This document shows, one piece after another, positions 35,433 through 44,244 of a stretch of 64,000 bases of DNA. The stretch comes from a virus (taxonomy: Duplodnaviria; Caudoviricetes). The notes under the pieces were generated by a model. That model worked only from the letters and a program-made list of their open reading frames with translations, was not told the DNA's origin and did no database searches. The position numbers were made by a program, and so were the translations under genes. The DNA is taken from IMG/VR virus record IMGVR_UViG_3300031998_000045, positions 22,751 to 86,750 of that record. One strand, written 5' to 3'. Position 1 is the stretch's first letter; each line of letters starts with the position of its first letter.

Positions 35433-35630
35433 TCAGTTGCTCTGGTCTTCACAGAGTCTGTCACAAATATACTGCAGTCCCCTGAGAACACACTCCATTT
35501 CTCGTCTATGCTCTTCTCTAAGCTTTGCAACATGGTGCCATATTGCAAGTGGTGAAACAACTAATGCTACTCCAAAGAATAGCCATGCCACCCACACATA
35601 TGCTCCAATTATTCCGAGAACTATGTTCAT
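35433..35630 (-). CDS. Small membrane protein
   Basis: Hydrophobic N-terminus; own promoter. Confidence 0.65.
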   Translation of the reverse strand: MNIVLGIIGAYVWVAWLFFGVALVVSPLAIWHHVAKLREEHRREMECVLRGLQYICDRLCEDQSN

Positions 35631-35690
35631 CTTCTTCTCTCCTTTGCATGATAGATCTTATCAAAAGTCTATAGTCTTAGCCACTTAGCC

Positions 35691-35906
35691 TCAGCTAGCA
35701 AGCTCACCTTCTTCAGTGCACTCTTCATAAGTCTCACCGAAGTCTTCAGTCAAGAACAGCTTGACTTCATCGCTGTTGTAGTCAACATTGTAGACTTCGC
35801 ATGCCAGCTTGCAGCGCTCGACGCACTCTTCAATTGACTTGAACTCAGCACTCTGGTAAAGTCCGCCAATGTTAAGTGGAAATTCGAAATGGTAAGTCTT
35901 GAACAT
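35691..35906 (-). CDS. Hypothetical protein, paralog of 23674-23886
   Basis: See 23674. Confidence 0.7.
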   Translation of the reverse strand: MFKTYHFEFPLNIGGLYQSAEFKSIEECVERCKLACEVYNVDYNSDEVKLFLTEDFGETYEECTEEGELAS

Positions 35907-35982
35907 ATGCTCTCTCCTTTTAGTTGATTGACACCATAGATCTTATCAAAAGTCTACAGCTTCAGCCACTTAAGACAAAGCA

Positions 35983-36069
35983 AGTCCAGCCGCTCAGCAG
36001 AGGAGAGAGTTCCACTGAGCGGCTGGACTTGTCTTCTGACCCAACCACGAGTCCTCCCAACCACGGGAG
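35983..36069. repeat. Hairpin element copy 2
   Basis: Covarying stem (GTCCA/TGGAC vs GCTCA/TGAGC) relative to copy 1. Confidence 0.7.
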
Positions 36070-36078
36070 CAGATTGTC

Positions 36079-36348
36079 TTAGTAGCGCTTCTTGAGCAGC
36101 ACTGTGTCTTCTGTCAGCTCGATCTTCAGCATCTGGACTTCCGGACGACAGAAGAACTCACATATGTCCGTGTCCCAAGCGTGGTCATCTACGAACACCC
36201 GGTTCAGGACATACTCCATCCACTGGTCCTCAGGCATCCCTAGGGCTGCCATCTCAGGCTTCTGCTGGTCAGCATACCACGTTCCGTCGTAGTCCGGGTT
36301 GCTGGGGCATTCAATTGTCAAAGCTTTTGGCTCTCTCATCTCATTCAC
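36079..36348 (-). CDS. Hypothetical protein
   Basis: Track ORF behind promoter box. Confidence 0.65.
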   Translation of the reverse strand: MNEMREPKALTIECPSNPDYDGTWYADQQKPEMAALGMPEDQWMEYVLNRVFVDDHAWDTDICEFFCRPEVQMLKIELTEDTVLLKKRY

Positions 36349-36517
36349 TCCTCATCATAGATTCTATCAAGACTTGTCTGTCTTGGCCATTCAAGGCTAG
36401 ACTATTTACCAAAATGAGACGCGCTTTAATAGGGCATTTCCAGCAGGGTGGACAGACTAGTCAGACGACATAGGCTTTTGCCATAGGGTGGCGCCTAAGT
36501 CTTTTTAGCCATAGTCA

Positions 36518-36606
36518 AAAGTCTACAATTTAAGCCCAAGTCTAGACTTCAAATTGTAGACTTTCTATTTAGATCTATCTTATATCTTTATAAGATAGAT
36601 CTAAAT
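36518..36606. repeat. Two adjacent inverted repeats (14 bp and perfect 18 bp)
   Basis: AAAGTCTACAATTT...AAATTGTAGACTTT (36518-36564); ATTTAGATCTATCTTATA-TCTT-TATAAGATAGATCTAAAT (36567-36606). Confidence 0.85.
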
Positions 36607-36623
36607 AATCAGATTGCCCGCTC

Positions 36624-36908
36624 TTACACATTCACCTTGAAGGGCATTCTGCGGAAGCGGCTGTTGTCGCCTTCACTCTTGACTCGGATATGGCATTCAT
36701 GATATCCGAAGTGCTGGAGATTGTTTCCATCCAGCCGGTTCTTGTACCCGGCATGGTCACGAGTTCCAGCTTCAGGACAAGTGAACCCGGACTTGTAGTC
36801 TACAGCTGGCTCAACTTTCTTTCCAAACAGCCGCTCAAAGACACCGTCCCGGACTTCGTCGATGGACTTGTGGACGGCCTCTGGACACTCATGGACAATG
36901 TTGCGCAT
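36624..36908 (-). CDS. Hypothetical protein, paralog of 31586-31870
   Basis: See 31586. Confidence 0.75.
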   Translation of the reverse strand: MRNIVHECPEAVHKSIDEVRDGVFERLFGKKVEPAVDYKSGFTCPEAGTRDHAGYKNRLDGNNLQHFGYHECHIRVKSEGDNSRFRRMPFKVNV

Positions 36909-37647
36909 GCTTGCTTTTCCTTTTTCGTGGTTGGTGTGCTGTGGGCGCTCTTCCGCGCCTCGCATTATAGATCATATCAAAAAAGCGGCACTTCAGCCAC
37001 TTAAAAAATAAAAATATTTTTCAAGATCTTAAGTGGCTGAAGCTGAATGTTTCAATATAATCAACTGCTGTTGTCTATATATCAAAAATCTACAGCTCAG
37101 CCACTTGAAAAATCATCTTTTTCATAGACTTCTTGAGTGGCTGAACCTAGCTTTGTTTGATATTGTCTAGCCATCTAGCCATAGATGGGCTGGAATGAAC
37201 AGCCAGCCTAGGTTGATGAACTAGGCATTTAAGCCCCAGCTGCCTCTCTCGGGACATCCAGCCATGGTCTGAACATGGACTGGCTAGCTATATAGGTCTA
37301 GCTAGCTAGGTAGATATGGCTAGCTGGAACCTAGCCAGTGGTGGTCTGATGGGCCAGAATTCATCAGAAGCCATCCTAGGTAGTGGCTAAATGGTCTAGC
37401 TGGAATGGCACAGAACCATGGCTAGCCTAGGTTCTGCGACCACCTAGCTTCTGGCAAAACGCGCTATATATAGGGATTTTCTGGAGCGCGGTCTGACTAG
37501 TGCGAGCGTGTTTGTAGACTTTTTGAGAGAAGTGCTTGAGTTTGAGCGAAGTCTTGAGAAGAGAGAGAGATCTTTAAAAGCTTTGAAAGATGTCTTGTGC
37601 AGTAGTCTAGAAAAAGAACTATATGCGTAATGTGTAGAATATGCTAG

Positions 37648-38331
37648 ATGAACAATCCTATTGGATATATTAAGTCAAAATGCTTTGACCAGCTTGTCTG
37701 CAGGCATCTTCTTTCAGCTGAAGCAGAACTTGCATCTAAAGACAATGACTTTGACGGCATAGACATCATATGCGGCAGAGAGAAGATTGACACAAAGTAC
37801 CAGCAGAACAAGAATTCTGACGACTTTATATGGTTTATAACAGGCAGGCAGCATAGAGGCGGCGAGCGTCTGAAGTTCAAGAGCAAAGACGGCTGCAGTC
37901 TAGAGACAGACCGCTTCATGGTGTTCTTCTATGTCAGTCCAGAGAAGATTGAATGGATAGATGTCAGCGCAGCTGAGATCTTAGATGTCTTAGAGAGCGG
38001 CTTAGCTGAGAAAGACAGCTCAAAATGCTATGAAGCAGACAGCAAGAATGTCAAATATGGCAAGAATGGACATGCATGCTATGACATCTTATGCTGGGCT
38101 AAGCTGAGCTGGCTTAGGGATGTGTGTCCAGAAGCTTTCAAAGTGTGCATAGACAAGAAGACAGCTGAGAGCTTTGTGAAAGTCCAGAGATACTTCAATG
38201 AGAAGATTGGCAGCAGTCCTGAGATTGTAGACAAGTTCATTGAATGCATCAACAGCTTTGTAGACAATGGGCAGAGCCTTGAGCTAGTTGTAGACAATGT
38301 CTTAGCAAAGATGTCTTAGCTGAGTGCTTGA
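37648..38331 (+). CDS. Putative PD-(D/E)XK nuclease-like protein
   Basis: DFDGIDII...EKIDTK pattern; TAG 38317 read through to TGA 38331. Confidence 0.5.
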
Positions 38332-38563
38332 GAGAAGTGCCGAGCAGATGCTTTGCAAGCAGAGACAAGAAAGCCAGAGCTCAGCTGCTTCGGCAGCTTA
38401 GATGAAGACGAAAAAGAGAGAAAGACATGAGGTTCATCAGCTAGTGGAGTGCACAGCACAAGCACTGGGCAGATGAGTGAAGATGAAGCTTGGGCGAAGA
38501 GCTTGGACCATCTTCGTCGCGGACATTGGGAGTGCAAAAGCATCTGACATATGAAAGATGGGC

Positions 38564-39322
38564 TTAGCCTCTGAACTCAAAGACACAGTCTTTGCTTCTA
38601 ATGCCGAACGGCCAGCCGTTGAGCCTCTTCATCTGGTCTTCTGTCTTGCCCTCAAAGACAGCATGTGTGAGGCTTGAGCAGTTCAAGAATGTGCCTCTGC
38701 ATATGCAGTTCACGCATGCTGGAACAACTATCTCTTCAAGTGATGTGCATCTGTAGAAGAGAAAGTCAGGAAGTGATGTGCACGAGCTTGAGAGCTTGAT
38801 GTGCTTGAGGCTTGTGCATCCGTCAAATGCTCCTCTTCCAAGGCTTTTCACAGAGTCTGGGATCTCAATGCTTTCAAGAGATGTGCAATGCATGAATGCA
38901 TTGTCATTGATGTCTTTCAAAGTGTCTGGCAGATTGACATGCTTGAGCTTTTCACATCTGAAGAATGCATCATCACTGATTCTCACAAGCTTGTCTCCAA
39001 TGACGGCTTCAGACATCATCTCTCCAGCAAGCAGCCCGCTAGCAAGCTGCTCAAGATCCGGCGGCAGCACTAGCTTGCATCCATCTGGAATGCATGTGGT
39101 GTCCATTGCATGCGGAGTGCGGCACAGATGGCTGACTCCGCTCAGACTAGCTTCTCTGCAGTGCTTGTCAAAGAAGTAGAAGCATCCGTCATCAGCAACT
39201 AAGCCTCTCAGCTTAGAGCGCCCTGACCATCCACCGAAGCTTGCAATGCTGTCAATGAAAGCATTCTTGTCTTCAGCCAAGTCTAGCCTCATCTTGAGCT
39301 CATATGGGCTCATCAACTTCAT
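38564..39322 (-). CDS. BspA-type LRR protein
   Basis: MKLMSPYELKMRLDLAEDK + LRR_5 repeats. Confidence 0.85.
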   Translation of the reverse strand: MKLMSPYELKMRLDLAEDKNAFIDSIASFGGWSGRSKLRGLVADDGCFYFFDKHCREASLSGVSHLCRTPHAMDTTCIPDGCKLVLPPDLEQLASGLLAGEMMSEAVIGDKLVRISDDAFFRCEKLKHVNLPDTLKDINDNAFMHCTSLESIEIPDSVKSLGRGAFDGCTSLKHIKLSSSCTSLPDFLFYRCTSLEEIVVPACVNCICRGTFLNCSSLTHAVFEGKTEDQMKRLNGWPFGIRSKDCVFEFRG

Positions 39323-39971
39323 CCAGCTTTCCCGCTTTGAAGACAGACTCATCTTCAACTCCCCATGGATAGTTGTCCATAGCTCTAACTTCTTCAAGAG
39401 TCTTGTCCTTGAAGATGATTCTCTTCAAGCTTGTGCACCGGATGAATGCATCTACCCCAATGCTTGTGACAGAGTCTGGGATAGAGATGCTTGTCAAGCT
39501 GCTGCAGTCACTGAATGCCCAGCTCCCAATGCTTTTGACAGAGCTGGGAATGTCAATGCTCTTCAAGCTTGTGCAGTAGCTGAATGTCCATTTTCCAATG
39601 CTCTCAACAGAGTCTGGAATGATGATGCTTGTCAAACGTGTGCAGTCGTAGAATGCATAATCTCTGATGATTGTGACAGAGTCTGGAATGATGATGCTTG
39701 TCAAGCTGCCGCAATGGCTGAATGCGCCTTCTCCAATGATTGTGACAGAGTCTGGAATGATGATGCTCGTCAAGCTGCCGCAGTCATATAATGCGCAGCT
39801 TCCAACGCTTTCAACAGACTTTGTGATGTCATTTCCCTCATCATCAAAGAAATGCATGTGTCCGTCATCTGTGACAATGGCATTCATCCTGTCTGACACA
39901 GAATGCTCTTTGACGAACTTTGCTCGGTCTTCAGCAAGGTCAAGCTTCATCTTAAGCTCATATGGGCTCAT
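39300..39971 (-). CDS. BspA-type LRR protein
   Basis: MSPYELKMKLDLAEDR + about 5 near-identical IPDSV repeats. Confidence 0.85.
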   Translation of the reverse strand: MSPYELKMKLDLAEDRAKFVKEHSVSDRMNAIVTDDGHMHFFDDEGNDITKSVESVGSCALYDCGSLTSIIIPDSVTIIGEGAFSHCGSLTSIIIPDSVTIIRDYAFYDCTRLTSIIIPDSVESIGKWTFSYCTSLKSIDIPSSVKSIGSWAFSDCSSLTSISIPDSVTSIGVDAFIRCTSLKRIIFKDKTLEEVRAMDNYPWGVEDESVFKAGKLDEVDEPI

Positions 39972-39972
39972 G

Positions 39973-40674
39973 TCAGGATCTCTCTGCTTTTATGGCTTTC
40001 ACATCTGGAATGCCCCATGGAAATCCAGACATCTCTCTCACTTGCTGCATGGTCTTCCCTTTGAACAGCACTTCTCTTAGACGGTTGTCATATTTGAATG
40101 CTTCTTGCTCAATCTTCTCAATTTGTCTAGAGATGACCGCACGCTCTAAGCTAGAGCAGCTGGCAAATGCAAAGCTGCCAATGCTCTTGACCGAGTCTGG
40201 AAGCACTGCTTTTCTAAGTCTGACACATGATGAGAATGCTCGTGGCTCTATGGCTCTAGCTTCAGCTATGTGCACAGCTGACATATTGCAGCACATGCTG
40301 AATGCACAATGGCCAATTGTCTTGACTGTCTCAGGTATCCAGACTTCATCAAAGTCAGAGCTGCTTAGAGCAAACTCTGGAATGACTTTCACTTCTGGAA
40401 CATAGAATGCTCCTCTCAGAAGCTTCAGATTTAGAGATCCTGAACCTATTCTAAGCCTAAAGTCATGCAGCTGGCACTTTGCCGCATCAACTGGACTAAA
40501 GCTGTCATCAAGCATTGCTATATGCCCGCCCGCTGTCAAGACTCCATAGAAGAAGTCAACACCATGAGATGTCTTTGCAGTCAGCTCCATGACAGAGAGA
40601 CTTTCTGCTAGAGCTCTTCTGTCATCAGCCAAGTCTAGCTTCATCTTAAGCTCATATAGGCTCATCAACTTCAT
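39973..40674 (-). CDS. BspA-type LRR protein
   Basis: MKLMSLYELKMKLDLADDR + LRR_5. Confidence 0.85.
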   Translation of the reverse strand: MKLMSLYELKMKLDLADDRRALAESLSVMELTAKTSHGVDFFYGVLTAGGHIAMLDDSFSPVDAAKCQLHDFRLRIGSGSLNLKLLRGAFYVPEVKVIPEFALSSSDFDEVWIPETVKTIGHCAFSMCCNMSAVHIAEARAIEPRAFSSCVRLRKAVLPDSVKSIGSFAFASCSSLERAVISRQIEKIEQEAFKYDNRLREVLFKGKTMQQVREMSGFPWGIPDVKAIKAERS

Positions 40675-41195
40675 CCAGCTTTCTCCGCTTTGAAGACAGA
40701 CTTGTCTTCAACTCCCCATGGATAATCGGCCATAGACTTCACTTCTTCAAAAGTCTTGCCTTTGAAGACAACCCTCTTCAAGCTTGGGCACCAGCGGAAT
40801 ACACTATCCCCAATGCTTTTGACAGAGTCTGGAATTACAATGCTTGTCAAGCTTGAGCAGTTGAAGAATGCACATTCTCCAATGCTTATGACAGAGTCTG
40901 GAATGACAATGCTTGTCAAGCTGCTGCAGTCACTGAATGCCCAGCTCCCAATGCTTTTGACAGAGTCTGGAATGACAATGCTTTTCAAGCTTTCGCACCA
41001 GCTGAATGCACTGTCTTTAATGCTTATGGTAGACTTTGTGATGTCATTGCCTTTGCTGTCAAAGAAATGCATATGTCCGTCATCTGTGACAATGACATTC
41101 ATCACAGATGACATAGAATGCTCTTTGACAAACCTTGCTCTGTCATCAACTAAGTCTAGTTTCATCTTAAGCTCATATGGACTCATCAACTTCAT
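40671..41195 (-). CDS. BspA-type LRR protein (short)
   Basis: MKLMSPYELKMKLDLVDDR + about 3 repeats. Confidence 0.85.
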   Translation of the reverse strand: MKLMSPYELKMKLDLVDDRARFVKEHSMSSVMNVIVTDDGHMHFFDSKGNDITKSTISIKDSAFSWCESLKSIVIPDSVKSIGSWAFSDCSSLTSIVIPDSVISIGECAFFNCSSLTSIVIPDSVKSIGDSVFRWCPSLKRVVFKGKTFEEVKSMADYPWGVEDKSVFKAEKAG

Positions 41196-41234
41196 GCTGA
41201 CATTTTAACATGAAGTCTATGATCTTTAAACTGC

Positions 41235-41759
41235 TCAAGCCCAGACCATGTCTTTTTTGACAGTGACAGCTATGCATATATGCAGAAAATGTGGATCTAT
41301 GTCTTCTCTCCACCGGAAGCTGGGCTCGCATATGCCTTCATACTCAGCATAGTATGTTCCAGGATGCACTATGACTGCACCAGCTTCTGCATTGTACAAG
41401 CTGATGCTGTCTTCTGGAATTCCAGCCTAGAAGTTCAACAGCATCAAACTGTATTCGGCTGACTTCTAGCCAGCTTCTCCCTGATGCAGCTTCTGCCAGA
41501 AGAAGCCAAGCAGCTTTGCATAGCTCTTGCCGTCTCGGCTGACTGGCTCATCTGCTGGCTTCAAAGACAGCTGCACAGCTCCATTTGATGATGTCCATTG
41601 ATAGCATTCTCCATGTGCTTCTGGATGTCCAGCAATATGCGGCATAGTGCTGATCCTTGGACGTCCAGACCCTATCAGCTAGACTATCTCATGCACAAGC
41701 AGCTTGGCTGCAGTCTCAACTGGAGTTGTGTCTTCTATTTTGTCAAATTCTTCTGTCAT
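41235..41759 (-). CDS. Hypothetical protein, 174 aa, code 15 only (3 TAG)
   Basis: Absent from track; GGAGA RBS + ATG 41759, open to TGA 41235. Confidence 0.65.
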
Positions 41760-41789
41760 CTCTATGTCTCCATCATGCTTTGCAGCATG

Positions 41790-41975
41790 TCATTCTTCCC
41801 AAGACACGCTAACTTCAACTACTTTGAACTTCTGTCTGTCTTCTTCAGGCATGTGCAATATGCTTTTATGCAGGTCAGCTAGCATGTCTTCTGCTTCTTC
41901 TCTGAATGAGCAGAGACAGCCAAGCTGCTCAGTGCCTGCTTTGTGGACAGCCCATTTGACAGCGTGCTTCTTCAT
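41790..41975 (-). CDS. Small hypothetical protein
   Basis: Track ORF in operon. Confidence 0.6.
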   Translation of the reverse strand: MKKHAVKWAVHKAGTEQLGCLCSFREEAEDMLADLHKSILHMPEEDRQKFKVVEVSVSWEE

Positions 41976-41976
41976 G

Positions 41977-42765
41977 TCAGTAGCTTAGATACTTTCCGTC
42001 AAGAAGATTTTCAAGAAGATGCTCATTTCTCAAGAATGAGAGTATTGCATCAAGCTTGACATCATCAACTAAGAGAAGTTCTCCCTCATCTAAGTGGGGT
42101 CTGACAACTTCTTCAAACGCTTGCTCTGCCTCTTTGACTCGACGCCAAGTCATCCGTGCAATGCTCTCAAACATCTCTGACTTGAAGAAGTCTGCTCTCT
42201 CTTCAATTGTCATGACAGCTTCAGGTGAGTCATATATCTCAACATTCCACAAGCTCTTGTTGTTGTCAAAGCTGACTTCATACTCCATGTCATCGTCAAT
42301 GTTGACGACTTTGAACTTTGCGATCTCCATGTAGCTGCGGTCAACATCTTGTGCAAGGCTTGTCTCAAGCTCACTGACATCTATAGACCTCCAGCCGACA
42401 TCTCTCGCTTGCTCTGCAATGCATAGCCAGCATTTAGAAGCTGGACGAGAGTATCCAAAGCAGAAAGCACTTCTCAGGTCTAAGTTTGCAAATGCTGCAG
42501 GCTTCTCCTCAGTTGGAGCAGCATTGCCTTCAGATTCATCTTCGGTGCTTTCAGCATCTTCATCACCAGATGGTGCTATGTCATCTTCTGATGTGTCTGC
42601 ATCTTCAGCAGTGTCTTCAGCATCTGCAGGCGGGGCAATCTCATCTTCTGCAGCTGGAGCATCTTCTGCAGTGTCTTCTGGCGCTGCCGATATGTCATCA
42701 TCTCCAGCATCGTCATCTGCTTCAAGAAGCTCAGCTTCTTTCTGTCTAGTTCTCTTAGTTGTCAT
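41977..42765 (-). CDS. Hypothetical protein with acidic Ala/Asp/Glu-rich N-terminus
   Basis: Track ORF; GTAAATA just upstream. Confidence 0.75.
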   Translation of the reverse strand: MTTKRTRQKEAELLEADDDAGDDDISAAPEDTAEDAPAAEDEIAPPADAEDTAEDADTSEDDIAPSGDEDAESTEDESEGNAAPTEEKPAAFANLDLRSAFCFGYSRPASKCWLCIAEQARDVGWRSIDVSELETSLAQDVDRSYMEIAKFKVVNIDDDMEYEVSFDNNKSLWNVEIYDSPEAVMTIEERADFFKSEMFESIARMTWRRVKEAEQAFEEVVRPHLDEGELLLVDDVKLDAILSFLRNEHLLENLLDGKYLSY

Positions 42766-42868
42766 AAAACTATTTACTTAGCAATATTTAAAATATACAA
42801 ATGCCGCTTAAGACAGCAAAGGTGAGAAGATGTCTTCTCACCTTTGCCATCATGCAGCATATGCCACA

Positions 42869-44203
42869 TCAGATGAAGATCTTTGGATCTCCAAACTCAT
42901 TCTGTATAGCAGGGATGATGATGTCTTTGAAGTCATGCCAGTCAATTCCCTTGTTTCTCAATGCACCAGCAATTATGCGCTCAGTCTTGAGCTGTCTCTC
43001 ACCCAAGCCAATTGCCCAGTTGACAGTTGACTTGACTTTTGCAGCCATTGCATCTTGCTGGCTTTGAGCAGTTATGCCAAGCACAGTCTTGATCTGAGAC
43101 TCTGGAATCTCTGGATGATGCTTCTTGATTATGCTCATTGCCCAGCTTGCCAGCTCAGCTTGCGAAGCATTTGGCTTCTTAGACTGGCACCAGTTCATCA
43201 CACTTTCAATCTCAGCTCGGCTCCACTTCTCAAATGCATCTACACAGTCTTGAGCAGAGACACTTGGATCGACTTTGCAGTACTTGATGTTTGCAACTGC
43301 AGTCTTTCCAGTTGAAGGGATGTATATCTTGGCATCAGTCCACTCAGACTCATCTCCATAGTAGCTGAAGCTTCCAGACTTCCACTCAGTTGAGACAACA
43401 AAGCCCTTGCCTCTGAATTTGCGGCCGCCTGTCACTTCAACAGGAGCAACGTTTGCAGCATTGTACTGAGGGAACTTAGTTGAAGTTCCAGCAAGAATGT
43501 CTTCAATGTCTTGTGCATTGTCTTCTTCTGCTTGCTCTTTAGCTTTCTTTCTAGCAATTCTAGCATCTTCCTTCTGCTGAAGCTTGTCAACCAGAGCTTT
43601 GTCAGCTTCATACTTTGCTGTCCATGCCTGCCCCTCTGGAGTCTCTAGCCACTTGATGCGCTTCTCAGCTTCATCTTGGTCTTTGAGCTTCTTCAGAAGA
43701 TTCACAGCCCAGTCAACTGACTTGTTCATCTCTTCAACCATCTTTGAAGTGGGCAGATAGATGATCTTCTCCTGCAAGTCTTTAAAGCGGCTGTCAACAT
43801 ATCCTTTGCTTATGCGGTCTTCAATTTCTGCTGCAGCTTGCTCTGGAGTCTCTAGCTTCAATGAGCTTAGCTCTGCAGTGAAGTTGTCTCCAAACAGCTT
43901 TGATAAAGTTGCTAGACGGTCTTTGGCATCAGCTTTGTCATATGCATAGAAATGGACTATTATGCATCCCTGGTCTCTGTCCCAGCCGTCAGACCAGTGG
44001 ATGTCTATGCTCCAGTCTATCTCGCCGCGCCATGTCTTGTCAGCACCAATCTTCTCAGCTAGCTCTTTTGCTGAATTGTATGCGCCATGCTTGTTGCTGT
44101 GCTCGCTTGGAATGTCTATGCTGCTCTTTGTCTTGTTGTCAAACTCGTATTCATCTTGATTGACCACTCTTCTAGCAGCCTGTAGATCATCATATACACT
44201 CAT
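42869..44203 (-). CDS. Hypothetical protein (444 aa)
   Basis: Long ORF; GTAAATA upstream. Confidence 0.8.
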   Translation of the reverse strand: MSVYDDLQAARRVVNQDEYEFDNKTKSSIDIPSEHSNKHGAYNSAKELAEKIGADKTWRGEIDWSIDIHWSDGWDRDQGCIIVHFYAYDKADAKDRLATLSKLFGDNFTAELSSLKLETPEQAAAEIEDRISKGYVDSRFKDLQEKIIYLPTSKMVEEMNKSVDWAVNLLKKLKDQDEAEKRIKWLETPEGQAWTAKYEADKALVDKLQQKEDARIARKKAKEQAEEDNAQDIEDILAGTSTKFPQYNAANVAPVEVTGGRKFRGKGFVVSTEWKSGSFSYYGDESEWTDAKIYIPSTGKTAVANIKYCKVDPSVSAQDCVDAFEKWSRAEIESVMNWCQSKKPNASQAELASWAMSIIKKHHPEIPESQIKTVLGITAQSQQDAMAAKVKSTVNWAIGLGERQLKTERIIAGALRNKGIDWHDFKDIIIPAIQNEFGDPKIFI

Positions 44204-44244
44204 GTCGGTCTCTCTGTTGTTGAATATACAATTGCATATTTACA

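Larger units (their letters stand above)
181..37165 (-). promoter_or_regulatory. Dispersed early-promoter repeat family, ~40 copies: TT(A/G)AGTGGCT(G/A)A-N7/8-CTTTTGA-TAnnAT-CTATAG
   Basis: Minus-strand copies starting near 181, 868, 1710, 2461, 3318, 4225, 10900, 11661, 18574, 19841, 20615, 20724, 20848, 21739, 21843, 22199, 22392, 22850, 23327, 23900, 25512, 26977, 28325, 30089, 32503, 32603, 32710, 33354, 33742, 34151, 34321, 34933, 35172, 35650, 35936, 36358, 36966, 37077; plus-strand copies near 20925, 28412, 32788, 37030, 37134. TGGCTR lies ~17 nt before a variable TAnnAT hexamer (TACAAT/TAAGAT/TATGAT/TAGAAT). Most copies are followed by AAAGGAGA and an ATG. Confidence 0.85.

Noticed and set aside
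38316-38560. Short ORFs on both strands between the nuclease-like gene and the LRR cluster
   Set aside because: No frame gave a convincing start, RBS or protein-like sequence under either code.
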